From positions 7,544,778 to 7,608,777 of the forward strand of contig NC_134030.1 of the NCBI RefSeq assembly GCF_964204645.1: DNA of 64,000 nt, read 5' to 3'. Below are positions 34,997-47,479 of the stretch, in pieces. The position numbers and the translations under genes were made by a program. The notes under the pieces were generated by a model. The model did no database searches. It saw nothing but the letters and a program-made list of their open reading frames with translations, and had not been told where the DNA came from. Source of the stretch: Tubulanus polymorphus (Eukaryota > Animalia > Nemertea). Each line of letters starts with the position of its first letter. The first letter of the stretch is position 1.

Positions 34997-37710
34997 CTGA
35001 GATGGCGACTTCGGTGGTGCATCGCTGGCTACGGGAACGATGATATGACAGTCGGTACTTGTTGAAGCAGTGGCGCCCTCTTTTGTTTCATTATTCCGAT
35101 GCGATTTAGTTTTCTCCGTTTTTGGTTCAGGCACCGCATCCTGAGTGGTGACCGATTTAGCATTACGGCGGTCGACCGATCCGAATGCCCGCTGTCCCAT
35201 CAACGGCGATTTGGGTATCTTATGCCCTTGTAGGTCCGACTGTCGAAACGACTGATGATGAACTTCGACTTGAGTTTTATTACCGTCTTTAAGTTTTTGC
35301 GACAAAGACGCGATATGTTTGTGTTCGGATTCGGGCGTCGGCGTAGATTTCGTGTCGGCTATCGCCGCGTCGCAGCCGCCGTTATTGAAATCAGACGAAA
35401 TGTTCGTCGGTCGACGTTTAATCGTGCCCGAATCCGAACTACCGAATTCGTCATCCTCAGACGCCGACGACGTTGACCCTTGCCGACGATGTTTGAACTC
35501 GAAAACGGTGCCGTCTTTATTCGTCAAACTCGGAGAACCGACTTTGTTAAACGAGCCGTTGGTTTTGATTGTTGTCTTCGTCCTACGCTCGAGTGAATTC
35601 GCGATATCCGATTTTTCTTCGTGCACGGCTGCGTTCCGCGCGATGATCTCAGACGGCGGTTGTTGTCGCTGCGGCTGTTGTTGTGTTTCTTTTCGACCCA
35701 TCGTTTTTTCGTATTCAGCGCACATGTTCAATATCTCTTCGAGGCGTTGCTTTTCCGCTCTCTCGAGTTCCTGTTCGTGTTTTCGCGCACGGACGATCAC
35801 GCGGTGTTTCTCCGACAAATCAATCTGACTCGACGTCAGCTCTGCGGGATCCAGACCGATAACGGAACTGCGACTCATTTCCAATTCATCCACCGAACTG
35901 TAACTGCTGTCAGCGCTTTCGACGTCACCGTTATTGCGTCTGTCTATTAAGGTCACTTGATTTTCAGTAGTTTGAGGCGACGGTACGTCTGGCTCCGGTT
36001 TTAATTCATCAACCGTTGACACGTGATCCGTAGAAGTCTCTAGTTTACGTTCTTGTTTCGCCTCTGCGGGAAGCTCGGGCAAAGCTGTGTTCTTCGTTTT
36101 TGAATGTTTGGCTTGGCCTTTCATTTCATGACTTTTACCTAAACTCAGATTCTGATTGGTAAGATTAGGTTTCGGTTTTAACGGGGGAGGAGCGGGAGCG
36201 GATTTACTTTTGTCTTTCGACTCCTTCGAATTAGGCAGCTTGGGTAATGGGCGCGAACTGATTTCGGAAATGTCTTCCGTCGGTAGAGGCGGTAACTTTC
36301 GAGTTGGCGACGTCATTTGCTTTCGTGCCGGTGATTCTGGCAACTGACGAGTCAGCGATATGACTCTTAGCTGAATGTCATCGCTCGGAACGTCGGGTAG
36401 TTTCCTCGTAGGTGATTTCACCTTCGGCGACGGCACGGAATCGTAATCAGACTCGAGGCATTGTTGCACGTCACTGACGGGTGATATGGGAACGGCGTGT
36501 TTTGGCACAGGCGGCGGCACAGGCGACGCGCTCAAATTTTTTCGCGTTTGATGATTGTCTTTCGAACTTTTTCGCGAACTGTCCGTGCTGTGAACGGAGC
36601 TCGTACTGCTCGTAATCGAGTTCAACGATGTTAAACTACTGGAAGTGCTATGCGGATTGTCGCCGTTCGACGTTATGGAACTATTATTGCGTGCGTTCGA
36701 TGAACTCGACTCGGGTCTTGCTTGCGGCGCGTTGTTAACCGATGGCGACGGCGTGCGAGGCCCTTCGACTATACCACACATCGACACCCGCGTTACAGCA
36801 GTATTTCTCGTGAACAGTTTTTCGCCGCTGTGTTTTGCATATAAATCACCAGAAGATGCGTCCGTACAAACCTGTTGTTGCTGACCGAGGTCTTGATTAT
36901 TTTCACTAACAATAGAACTACCACGCGATTCCGATGACGAATTTGTATTTTTCGGAGACTTTTGCGAATTACTGGGACACACATTTTGCGGCGTTTCTAA
37001 ATTCGCAGATGAGCCTCGCTCTAGAATTTTAGAATCAACTGAATGCGATGGTGATTTGGCACCGACTTCCAATAATCTTTTTGTACCCGACGATTTATCC
37101 TCGATTTGCGGGGCCGTTCTACTACGTTCGCTGGCTTCCCACGGTTTAACGCCCTCTGGTGGAGTATCCGGCCCGTTCATCAGACTGTTCAGCGGACTGT
37201 GTTTTATAATAGCCATCTCTTTTTCCACAGACCGCCGCGGCGACGGATCGCGTTGCATCATCGAGTCTTTTGTTTTCATCCACTGTTCGAAGCGCGATAC
37301 TTTATCGGTAAAACCGACGTTTTCCAAACTATCACGATGCACAATAAAACCGATATCGGCCCCTGTTAACTGTTCTCCGTACGCTGCTTTCACATCTAAA
37401 CGCGGACTCGCTCTGTTATCGCTATTACTACTAGGCACATTGTTGTGAATTATCACTTTTGTTTGGTTTGTGGATTCAAAAACGTTATCACCTACATTAT
37501 GAGCACCAGCTTTAGACTCCGGCTGATTTTCAGTTGCATTTTTCGATAAAGCGACTGTCCCGACGAATTCAGATTGCGTTTTAGCACCTTTCGTAATCAT
37601 CGACGGAGACAAAGGTCCATTTTCAGCGATTGCCGGTTTTCGATCGGCTTCATCGGCAATCTCTTCTAGTTTTTGTATTTCTCGACGTTGATTCGCGTTA
37701 TTGGACAATT
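34997..37710 (-). CDS. PHLDB: PHLDB giant 2714-nt exon: Ser/Pro-rich disordered region with the conserved EKQRLEEILNMCAEYEK motif
   Basis: TTTTTTAG acceptor (phase 1), CAG|GTAAGT donor. The motif matches LL5 ERQRLETILxLCAEY. Confidence 0.92.
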
Positions 37711-40700
37711 CTAAAAAACAAAAATCAATACATCATCAGAAATGTCGCTGAAATATTTTCATCTAACCCAGCATCAATCGATGAGAACAATTTGTTCAAA
37801 AATTGTTAAAAAGTAGGACAGTAAATCTGCAATTAATATTTTTTGAAACCGCTGCATGGTTTCAATGATTTTAAACCAGTGCATACTAAGCATGCGACCA
37901 CTTCATAGTTCAAGATACCGTTATTGCAATGTCATGTTCAAATAGACGCTGTTTTTACAGGTACAACAACAGTTTGCACAGCCTAAAACACTTGGTTAAT
38001 GGAAATCGAAGCTATTTAAACCTCGATGTGTATTTCTGAACATTTCGCCGTTAACATGGAAACTATTGGCCGATTCCGTAATGATTCATTAATCATGGCG
38101 TCTTAATTCGATTCGCCGTCCCCGCCGTCGTAGAAGTTGATTGGCACGGCTTGGTTTATCGCAACTGAAATTCAAAACTCCTAAGAGTAAAGTAACCGGG
38201 CAGACGGAATAGCGATGATTTCTTTCAGTTTCAGGCAATTAACGAAGACGACTTTGATGTCGATCGTCTGAAGTGAAAATCGAAACTAAACACAGGTCGG
38301 TTTTACCGTAGGCAAGGCAGATGAATAAATCTCAATTAACTTCTTCATATTCCCTCATTACTCCGCTAGAAATGGCAAACGCGTAGGGGATGGAATCACG
38401 GCATATTGAATCGGAAATCATCTATTTGATAGGTTAGAAATGTACGAGCAGATCTCTGAAGTACCATCATACAATATATCCTGAAAACCGTAGAAAATTA
38501 CTCGGCCGAAAATTATAGACCCGAAATTGAACCACAGCCCTGAGATCGTATCAAAGAATGATGGTTTATTAATATTTGCCCGAGCGACTCTTCGCTGTCT
38601 TCTATCAATGATATTAAAACCTCATATCAACCAACGACCAATTTATCGAGGTAGGGCTGCATAAATACTTCGAGATTCTCTTCGGAGTAGTAATGACGAA
38701 AGTGATTCGCTTCAACTAGTCGAAACAGCGCTGCTCAAATAAAAACCGTACGCAAAAGTGAAATCGTTGAGTAGGTTACTGCTTATATCTTCCAACTTAA
38801 CCCCTTTGATTGATATTAGCTGATACAGCAAATACTCTTGCTGTCTGCATCCCTCAGACATAGAGGTACATACGGATTCCTTCGGGTTACGATTCACAAA
38901 AACTGTCTGAGCTTAAAAATGCTTGATGAGTTTTGTATCAATAGTATTTACGGACTAAAGGTGATAAACAGGACAAACATCTCAAGAATCCTGAGTCTAG
39001 ACTTAATTTCAGGGTTCCAATTCGTTTTGAAATCTAATCAAAACTAGTTATGCCCATTGGCCTAAAATACCACCTGCAATACACTCTCCCCCAGGATGCC
39101 ATGGACTACATATCTGCTACAAATAATTGCAAAAATCTGCTTCATTTAGAAGTAAATCCAAAACCGTCTCTTTTTCACATATTCAGCGTCTCCTGGTGGC
39201 CAAATGAAAAATCATGTGACCTTGAAAAATTGCACAGGAGCATATCAATCCATGGGCTGCATATCTGCAACATATCTTGAAATATGTTTCATTTGCGATG
39301 TGATTTGAAATTGTCACTTTTTCGAACTGGTGGCCACATGGAATATCATGTGACCTTAAAGCTTTGCCCAGCTTATCATTCTACCAACTTTATGTCTGCA
39401 ACACATCCTCATTATCAAACCTGCTTCATTTAGAAGTTTATCTGACATCATGTTTTTCATGTATTAATCGTCCAAGAAAACAAATATAGCTGCCAGTCAG
39501 CCATCTTGGATCCAGCCACAAAATAAAACGCAGGTGCACAAGTACATATCAAAACAAACGTGTGTGTAAAGTTACAAGAAGAGAGCTGGTAGTTTAGGAT
39601 ACCTCCGGACACGATCGTGTCCAAGGATGGAGGACATATGAGCTGACACAAGTTTACCCATACACTTCATTGCAGGGAGTTTAATTGTCGCCCACCAGGA
39701 AGACAAATCTAATTCACAACTGGTGAACTGACTTGAACATATCAAAAACTAATAGAATAGTTATCTATTTAATTTTGCGAAATTCCACATTTTATTTTAA
39801 GACTGGTGAAATGTCATCCGCTAATCCTGACGCGACGGCTGTAATCATGCTGACGCCAAAAATGATAAATACGTATTTGATACGTTTTCACATCATACAG
39901 CGACGACGGCCGATACGTAATCGCATTCCATGATCATTCACGTTCTATAAAGAAAGCTTAAACACGCCTCTGCGAATAACTATCGATTTCGAATCGGTTT
40001 TAAAATCCCGACAACGTTGACAACTATAACGCAAAGCGATTCGAACGAATGGCAATGTTCTCTCAATCGGTTAGGTTGGAATTGAATAAATGTGATACGT
40101 CACCGGCCGCGAATGACGAAGGAAATTATTCCTCGTCGTAAACAGATTTCCGGCAAAAAACTAACGCATTTAAAAGCAAAACCATCTGCTTTCCGCTCGA
40201 ACAATTTTCGCTCGCGGCGAAGACATCGTTTCGCCATTTTCCGGGTATCAGTTACGAGAGAGCGCGGCAATGTCTATACACGGGCGCTCGATCCCTTTGT
40301 ACGCAGTGTGAAGAAACTTCCTGAGTGTCACTATATACAGGATATTGGCTATGAAGTTATAAAACGGTAATGAACCTGGCGCGTCTTTTGATGCCTACGA
40401 GTCGTCAAGTAATACGGTTGAAGTTTGCGGCGACAACCGAAGGCAACAAATTCGATATTACTAGAAGCTAGTTTTTCAAGACCATATCTTGGCAGTCGAA
40501 AAATACTGCTAATTGGAAAGGCTTCGCTGCTTACGACTTTCCCGCTTCTTGCATTACGTACGAGCCTTAACTAACTTCGCCGATCAGAAAAAGACGATGC
40601 ATCAAAGAGACCAATTTTTATCGACGACGATGGATGAAAAAGTCTATCACTGGGAAAACAGATATGAATCGGTATAACCGCGCTGCCGCCGGAAATAGAA

Positions 40701-41219
40701 TCGCGACGTTCCACGAGGCCGGGTCGCCACCGTATCTTGATATTTCCTTCCGGCTCCCGCAATACAGACCCTACCGACGAGCACAATTGGGAAATTTCAC
40801 GGCCTATTACTGTTGACCTATCGTGAGAATAATTCATACAAATGAATGCCGCCGTCGACGTCGTAACGCGGGTGCATAGTTTACAGCTCGTCGGTAGCGT
40901 GGGTTCGGTACGTTTGAATCCCCCGATGATGCAGAAGTTAGCATTTATCAGACGTATGGCGTGTCACCTGAAGATGATAGATCACAGCATCTCCAGGGGG
41001 ATGCAAATACCGTTTTCCGACGCAGGTCCCGCACAACCGGAGCAGGAAATAAAATGACTTCCTCGAACGAACCCGACGCGACCATTTTATAATGAGAGCC
41101 TCTTCCATAACGTTAACTTACTTAATTCAGTTCCTGGCCATCCATCAGGTTATAAAGGTGATGCTAGATCTTGCCAGTAACACAACAACGAATACCAAAT
41201 GAGGCAGATGTCGTGGATA

Positions 41220-41370
41220 AACTATAATTGGAAAAACCCGGGCTAAAATAAAACAGGAGTTATGATTGGCTAATAACGGCATCATCTAAGGCGCGCATGT
41301 AGCTGCACGTTCAGGCTAGTGTGGCAGGGTTTCATAGCATCAGGTTCGAATCCCCGCCGAGGGAGGATGC
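41220..41370 (+). repeat. Partial second copy of the 6.3-6.8 kb element
   Basis: AACTATAA.TGG.AAAACCCGGGCTAAAATAAAAC...GATTGGCTAA...CATCAGGTTCGAATCCC...GGGAGGATG is shared with 6521-6688. Confidence 0.8.
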
Positions 41371-44300
41371 TATATCGCATGCCTTGGGCTGAAAGTTACC
41401 CCACTCATGGCTAGAGTGGCCTCAAAAGATTGCATCCCAGTCAAAATTGACTTATACAGCACACGTGTTCTCTAGACTTTCTGCCCCACGAGACCAAACT
41501 ATGTTGAGCAGAACGCTTACAATTGATGAGAAATAATTCATTCCTCAGACAAACCTAAACACACTATTCGAATAGAAAATTGGGTATCGTCATCGTCCGT
41601 AATGGAATTTGTGTCATGTGATACGCGGTACAGTTTCACGCCAGATTTTCTGAAAAATTAATTATCTCTCGAACCGCGCGACGACTGTAAATCGCATAAC
41701 GAGAAACTTTTCAATTATTCGTCTCGCGCAACGAAAAAAACTTTTATTTAATCAAACGTAACGCTAAGTGGCTTTGTCACTTAAACACGCGAGATAATGT
41801 GGTGACACCCGGAAGCGCGAGGGGGAACTTCGATTCATTATATTCGCTGTCTCCAGCCGCGGGCCCGTAAATTCGTCGCTTAAAAATTAACGATTCAAAG
41901 TTGCCATTTTGTAAAGAGGAACATACATGCTTTATGGATTTCTCCTCGGGGTAGTACGATAGTTACTTAATGTCTGGGATGGCTTTTGCTCGATTTGGCT
42001 TGTGACTTTTTATATAGGCTTTATAGAGAATGGTTGCACTTCAATAATGCAACGTTTTCAATATCGCCCAAAGAAACAGCTGATTTAACTGAAAAACAAA
42101 GTAGAATTTCGTACTCGGTTCATGAAGACTGGCGATGGTGAAACACACGACCTAACGTTGCTCTTGGTATCTCATGTTGTATAAGTGATTGATCAGCCTG
42201 ATAAGGACAATATCGCTAATTGCGCGGATGAACTTTTATCACATTTCCTGAAATTCCCTTCAACAGAAACGCCTACTGAATAACGCCGTCATCAGCTATA
42301 ACCTACATGTCAGTCCGATGAAAAAGAAATGCTTAAGCCGACTAATTGGGCTGCAAACCTATCGACATTAACAAGTTGACAACAAGCTACGTTCAAAAAT
42401 GCATGCACTGAAAAGTAAGTGGTGACAAATTGGAGAAGGTTTCAGAAAGTAATGCAACACATCCTAATAAACCATATCTGACATTTCGAAAGAGGCCAAA
42501 TCCGACACGCGTTATCTGTATATCCTTTTGAAAATCATAACTCGCAATTCCGGCCGACGTTTTAGTATACCGTTTACTACAGGTATGTTCTGATGTCCTC
42601 ATAACCCGAAAAGCAATATAGATAACGATAAATACCGATCAATAACTATCGAAGTGATTATAAATTGAACGCCGCAAACAGTATTGATAACTGATAAGTG
42701 AGAGCGGCAAGCGGGAATGCGACTAGCAGATCTGTCAGACACTCTCTCCACCTCCTCCTCACGCGCCGTTTGCTCTATATTCAATTTCTTTATATCGATC
42801 GTTTATTGCTTCGGATGACGATTATTGAGAATTGCGATTTTCAATTCATTCAATCATTCACTTTCGTATTCGATTTATTCGGCGGCGAATTAGAATGCGA
42901 CCCGCAGCGTGCGCGCAGCCCGCTAAGCCCGGCGGGAGCATTGTCTCGTCCGTTATTAGCATCTCAATGATCGCATATTCGGAGTCGATGCTATGAAAAC
43001 GCGGTTACCCAGATCCGAGACAACAGCGTCTCAAACAGTTGGGATATAAACGCATAATCCACATCACTCGTGACTATTCAAACTATTCATCCAAGACAGA
43101 ATTCATTATTCAAAGTGTATGCATTTATACATTTAGAAACACAGCCAGTGGCTCAACGATTGGTTTATATTGATGGATCAGACCAGAATCGGAATTCGAA
43201 CTGATCCAGATTTCCGAAAAGTAGATTCGTTAGCCTAATTCGATTTTTTTCATTTTTTTCATTCTATCATTTTTAACAATCTGGTTTGCCTTGTGCATAA
43301 ATTCTCCCCAAATCATCATTTATGGCTCTCTTGGCCAAGTTTGCCTTGCACGCTTTTCGTTCATATCTTCGACAGATATCCACGCGATCATTAGCTAATT
43401 TCAAAGGCAGCAAAAACATCCAATGCATATTGAAAAAAATTAATCGCTCTTATATCTCAATCCGTCCGCGTGGATTTAGTCTGATGTCCGTTAACCTTCT
43501 TGATCAATCATACGATGAATATCCGTCGTTATTTGTATTTTATTGATTATGTTTGATGGTAGACTGAACGATATTCGTGCCAATTGCTCGGTATTCGCCG
43601 AGGATCACGATTCCGGAGCTGCCTCCACTTATAGTTGCGTGGATGGTGAAGATAGTCAGCAATGATCTGCTGCGCCATTATTCAGATGAATGTTGTTACA
43701 CGGCATCGTTTGTGGGTGGTGTATGCGGGGGTGTATCATAGGGGGAAGGGGGTGGGTGGGTTTGTGGTGTTGCGGGGGAGTGAACACCTGTCCTGAAAGT
43801 GACCTCTTCAAACTTGACGCAGTCATCGGCTGAGTGCGCGAGATTATACCGGACATTATCAATCGAGTCATTTATCTAGGGGCGTGGGTGCTGCGTTAGA
43901 GCTGCTATAAATAATTCACAATACTGCAGTGCACTGAGATTTAAAAAGGTCGCGAGAGGCTTTATCAATTATCAACCGCATCCGATTGTGGTTAGTCCCC
44001 GGGTGAGGTGGCGTGGAGCGCCGAGCGGTAGCCCGCAGCGACTGTAACGACGACGACAGTCATTAATGAAGTAAAGCTATGTTTTATTCAGTAGGGTGCA
44101 CACCATTCTCTATACCCATACGTGTTATATACAACAGGTCATTAACGAGTTAACTGTCATCAATTTCATCACAAGCAAGTGTCTCCCGACCAAACAGCAA
44201 ATGTATATAACATATCACTAAGCGAAACGAGAATAACCAAGTAGCATCGATAACTGAACATGACAAACCTGACAAACCGTCAGTTTCGGCACATGAATGT

Positions 44301-44494
44301 ATTGCGTTTATCCAGCTATTATTATGTACGAATCAATTGCTTGTTGAGGCCGTTAAAGAAACAGTTCATAAAGTATGTTTATATTTCTGGTTGGAAATTT
44401 GACATTTCATTGTAAATAACTTTGAAAACATGAGCACATAGAGGAGGGTTGAAATCAACTATTGATTATGAGCGGTTTGATACCAAAGATACCA

Positions 44495-44800
44495 ATGAAA
44501 TAATAACAATAATAAAAATAATGATAATAATAATAATAAGTGCTTGTATAGCATTTTTCCATAGAAAGTATGCACAAAGCGTTCATCTCTCCAACAGGTG
44601 CCATTAAAAAACTTTTTAACTGTGTTTCAAAACTGTCAGGGGATGGAGAAATTCTAACTAAGGTTGCTGAACTATTTCAGTTTTTGGCCGGAAACAGTTA
44701 GTGCAATTCACAACAAATGAGATTGAATCTTGTAGATCTCGTAGATCGGGTTTGTGTAACAGAGTTCTGCAAATACTGATGCGCTTAACACATTGAAGCA
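44495..44800 (-). mobile_element. Degenerate 3' end of an L2/CR1-type LINE with an (AAT)n tail
   Basis: (AAT)n followed by TGCTTGTATAGC. The minus-strand translation resembles the ORF2 end (PKxWNS...R.SPS..SF..QLKSF) with disruptions. Confidence 0.5.
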
Positions 44801-47382
44801 CATTGAAGGAGAGCACATTGAACCCAAATACTGGTTCATCATTTTATTATCGAATCATGCGTATATAATAACATGTGTTTTAAACAGATACCGCATAGCT
44901 TTTCATTGGTTCATCAGTGTATATCGAATATTGAAAAAAAATATATATCATTTCGCTGTGCATGTCAATTACGTAAATTCATTTTTCAGTTACTACGCGA
45001 TGTTTTGCGCGAGGAAATAATGACAAAAAAACTCCCCTCCATATATCCACGATGAAGAACGGCATTACCGAACGAAACATGAAAATCGATGAAAGACGAT
45101 CGCTACGTAGGCTCCTTCAACCAGCGTCCTATATCGGGGAAAGGCTCTGATATCAGTCGGGCAGATCTCAGGGAGAAGCGTTCATCAATATTTGCTATTA
45201 CAAGGTCGAGACGTGTTGCAACCGATCGATGGTTCGCTCTTGATGGAAATGCGAGTGTTGAATGTAGTGCGACGAAGTGAGGAGATCCTCCAGAGGGGAG
45301 AGGAGAGGGCGCCGAGAGAGAGAGAGGAGACGGGGAGGAAAGGCATATACAAGGACTCATCACATTACACATCATCGTCGATAGATGCACGGCAGTAGTT
45401 TCATTCGGGTGACACATCATCAATACAGAATGCGCTAAATAATTCAACCTCGTCTCACTTCAGTTATCGGAGTACTTACATCGATATAAAACTTATTAAC
45501 ATTACAGCTTAAGTCGAAACCCAATTCGATTAATTTTGACGAGGAGCTCACAATGTTCATAGAACTATGGCCAAAAACTCAAAAAGATCTGTGTAGCTGC
45601 TGATACAGAGTAATGATAGATAGTAACTAGTTTTAACTGCTTTTTGGTAAGTTTTCTTCTGGTACAGTGTAAGAACTTTACTGTAAACTTAATACAAGTC
45701 ATAGGCGACAACAGTTCTCGGGCTCAGGCTTAAACTCTGCCATTCCCATGTCATCTTCAAGGCCATGTTGCTGAAAAACAGTTTTTGTGCCTAGTTCTGC
45801 CACAAGATGGCGCACTGGGCCCATTCTTTGCACTGCATAACTAGACCCCATACTCACATTGTATCCAAGTTTCATCAAGAACGACCCACTATCAACAAAT
45901 CAATGAAAGACAAATACCCAGACCCACAGACAGACAGTAAGAGAATAAGGGTCTCATGAAAGCCCATGGATACTTGCCCTTTTCATTTCTTTGTGATCAA
46001 GTCAAAGTCTGCCTCTGGATTCCACCGCTGAATATCAACTAATGTTTAGAAAGTGAATCCCAACAATGGAACTTCCATGAATGTTGCCTGACCTTGGGAA
46101 AGAATATCCGACTAAAACCACCTACTCACTCACTGTAGTCGTGGCCTTGACTAACATCAAGCATCCTTCTACCATGGATTCTTTTGACAAGCGGCTGTTT
46201 GTATGTGGGCGACGTCAATTAAATGAGTTCATTGATCAAATCAGGCATCAATGCCAGATTGGCTTGACAGCTTCAGTAGATCAGTCTCTTGCAACTGATC
46301 ATCTGATGTATATAAAGGTGTTCATTTTGGTAATCTGATTCGAACTACAGTAATAGATGATCCAAATCAGGATTTTTATATCAATTTGATTTTCTGTTTC
46401 AAAGGTAGGCCTACCTACTGTTAATATTCCAAAGTAGACCTATGTGCCTGAAGACCTTTATCAGCAAGATGCATTTCGTGTAATCAGATTGAAAGTAAAT
46501 TCAACTTTCCATCAACTACCGCATTCGGTATAAAAGTCTTCTTTCTATGTGACAGTCAATATTTCAGCTTTATCAACGCGCTGAACAATATACCACCTGA
46601 GCCGTCTTTGTAGAGATTTCAATAAACCTAGATCGATGAAGGCCCATTTTCTACACGGAATCAGTGGATGGCGTTCGGATTAAGTTATATGAACTCTGGT
46701 TACAAACAAGGCTGACGGAATGCGTGCTTTAGAAAGATTGTACACCATCCAGCCCTCCGTATATGTGGAAGATGGTCTTATTCAATGACTGTGTAATCAG
46801 ATACGAGAAAGTGAGAATTGCACATACCCGATGATGATATCTCTCTCACAGAAAGATTAAATATCCATTCACAAGGTGCACTGCTACATTAATCCCGTTG
46901 ATGCAAAGCGATCAGCGTAGAATGTACCGTAATATAGGCTGCACCGCGTACTACATGCAGCAGCAGAGCAACAGATGCCTGCTACAACAACTCCCATCAT
47001 CCGTAGTCGTCGTTGTTGGTTGTTGCGGTGAATAAATCAATTCAAACCTCAATCGCTGACTGGCGAATCTAATCAAAACTGTATTATAAAGCTGATGAAA
47101 TGTCCTATCTTCTTTCACTCGTGTATCCGCGCAGAAAGGTGGCCGAACATCGCGGTGTCTATAACCGTATCACACCTTTCTCAGTTCACTACCGTTCACG
47201 TTTTCTGGATTTTATACGTTTTTGATTGCCTTGGTGCGCGGCAGCAACAGCGCCGAGAGTATATATACACGCTATAGTAAATTATCTAATAGTTAATATA
47301 GACAGTACAATGAAATATGCCCTGCGGCACAGCTGATTGCATGTAAACATAATACTCTTCAAAATCGATCAAATTCTTATTT

Positions 47383-47479
47383 TGCGCAATATTCATCTAG
47401 GACATACCGGTAACAGGGCATAACAGATACGTTGTGCGCAATATTCATCTAGGACATAACAGGGCATAACAGATACGTT
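47383..47479. repeat. Local tandem duplication (two units of about 46-52 bp)
   Basis: TGCGCAATATTCATCTAGGACATA(CCGGTA)ACAGGGCATAACAGATACGTT occurs twice. Confidence 0.9.

Noticed and set aside
34973-37708. 911-aa ORF as a standalone gene
   Set aside because: It starts at TTG, is bounded by canonical splice sites and carries the LL5 RLxxILxxCAEY motif, so it is an internal PHLDB exon.
47383-47479. CRISPR-like direct repeat
   Set aside because: Only two adjacent units with no spacer, in a eukaryotic context; a simple tandem duplication.
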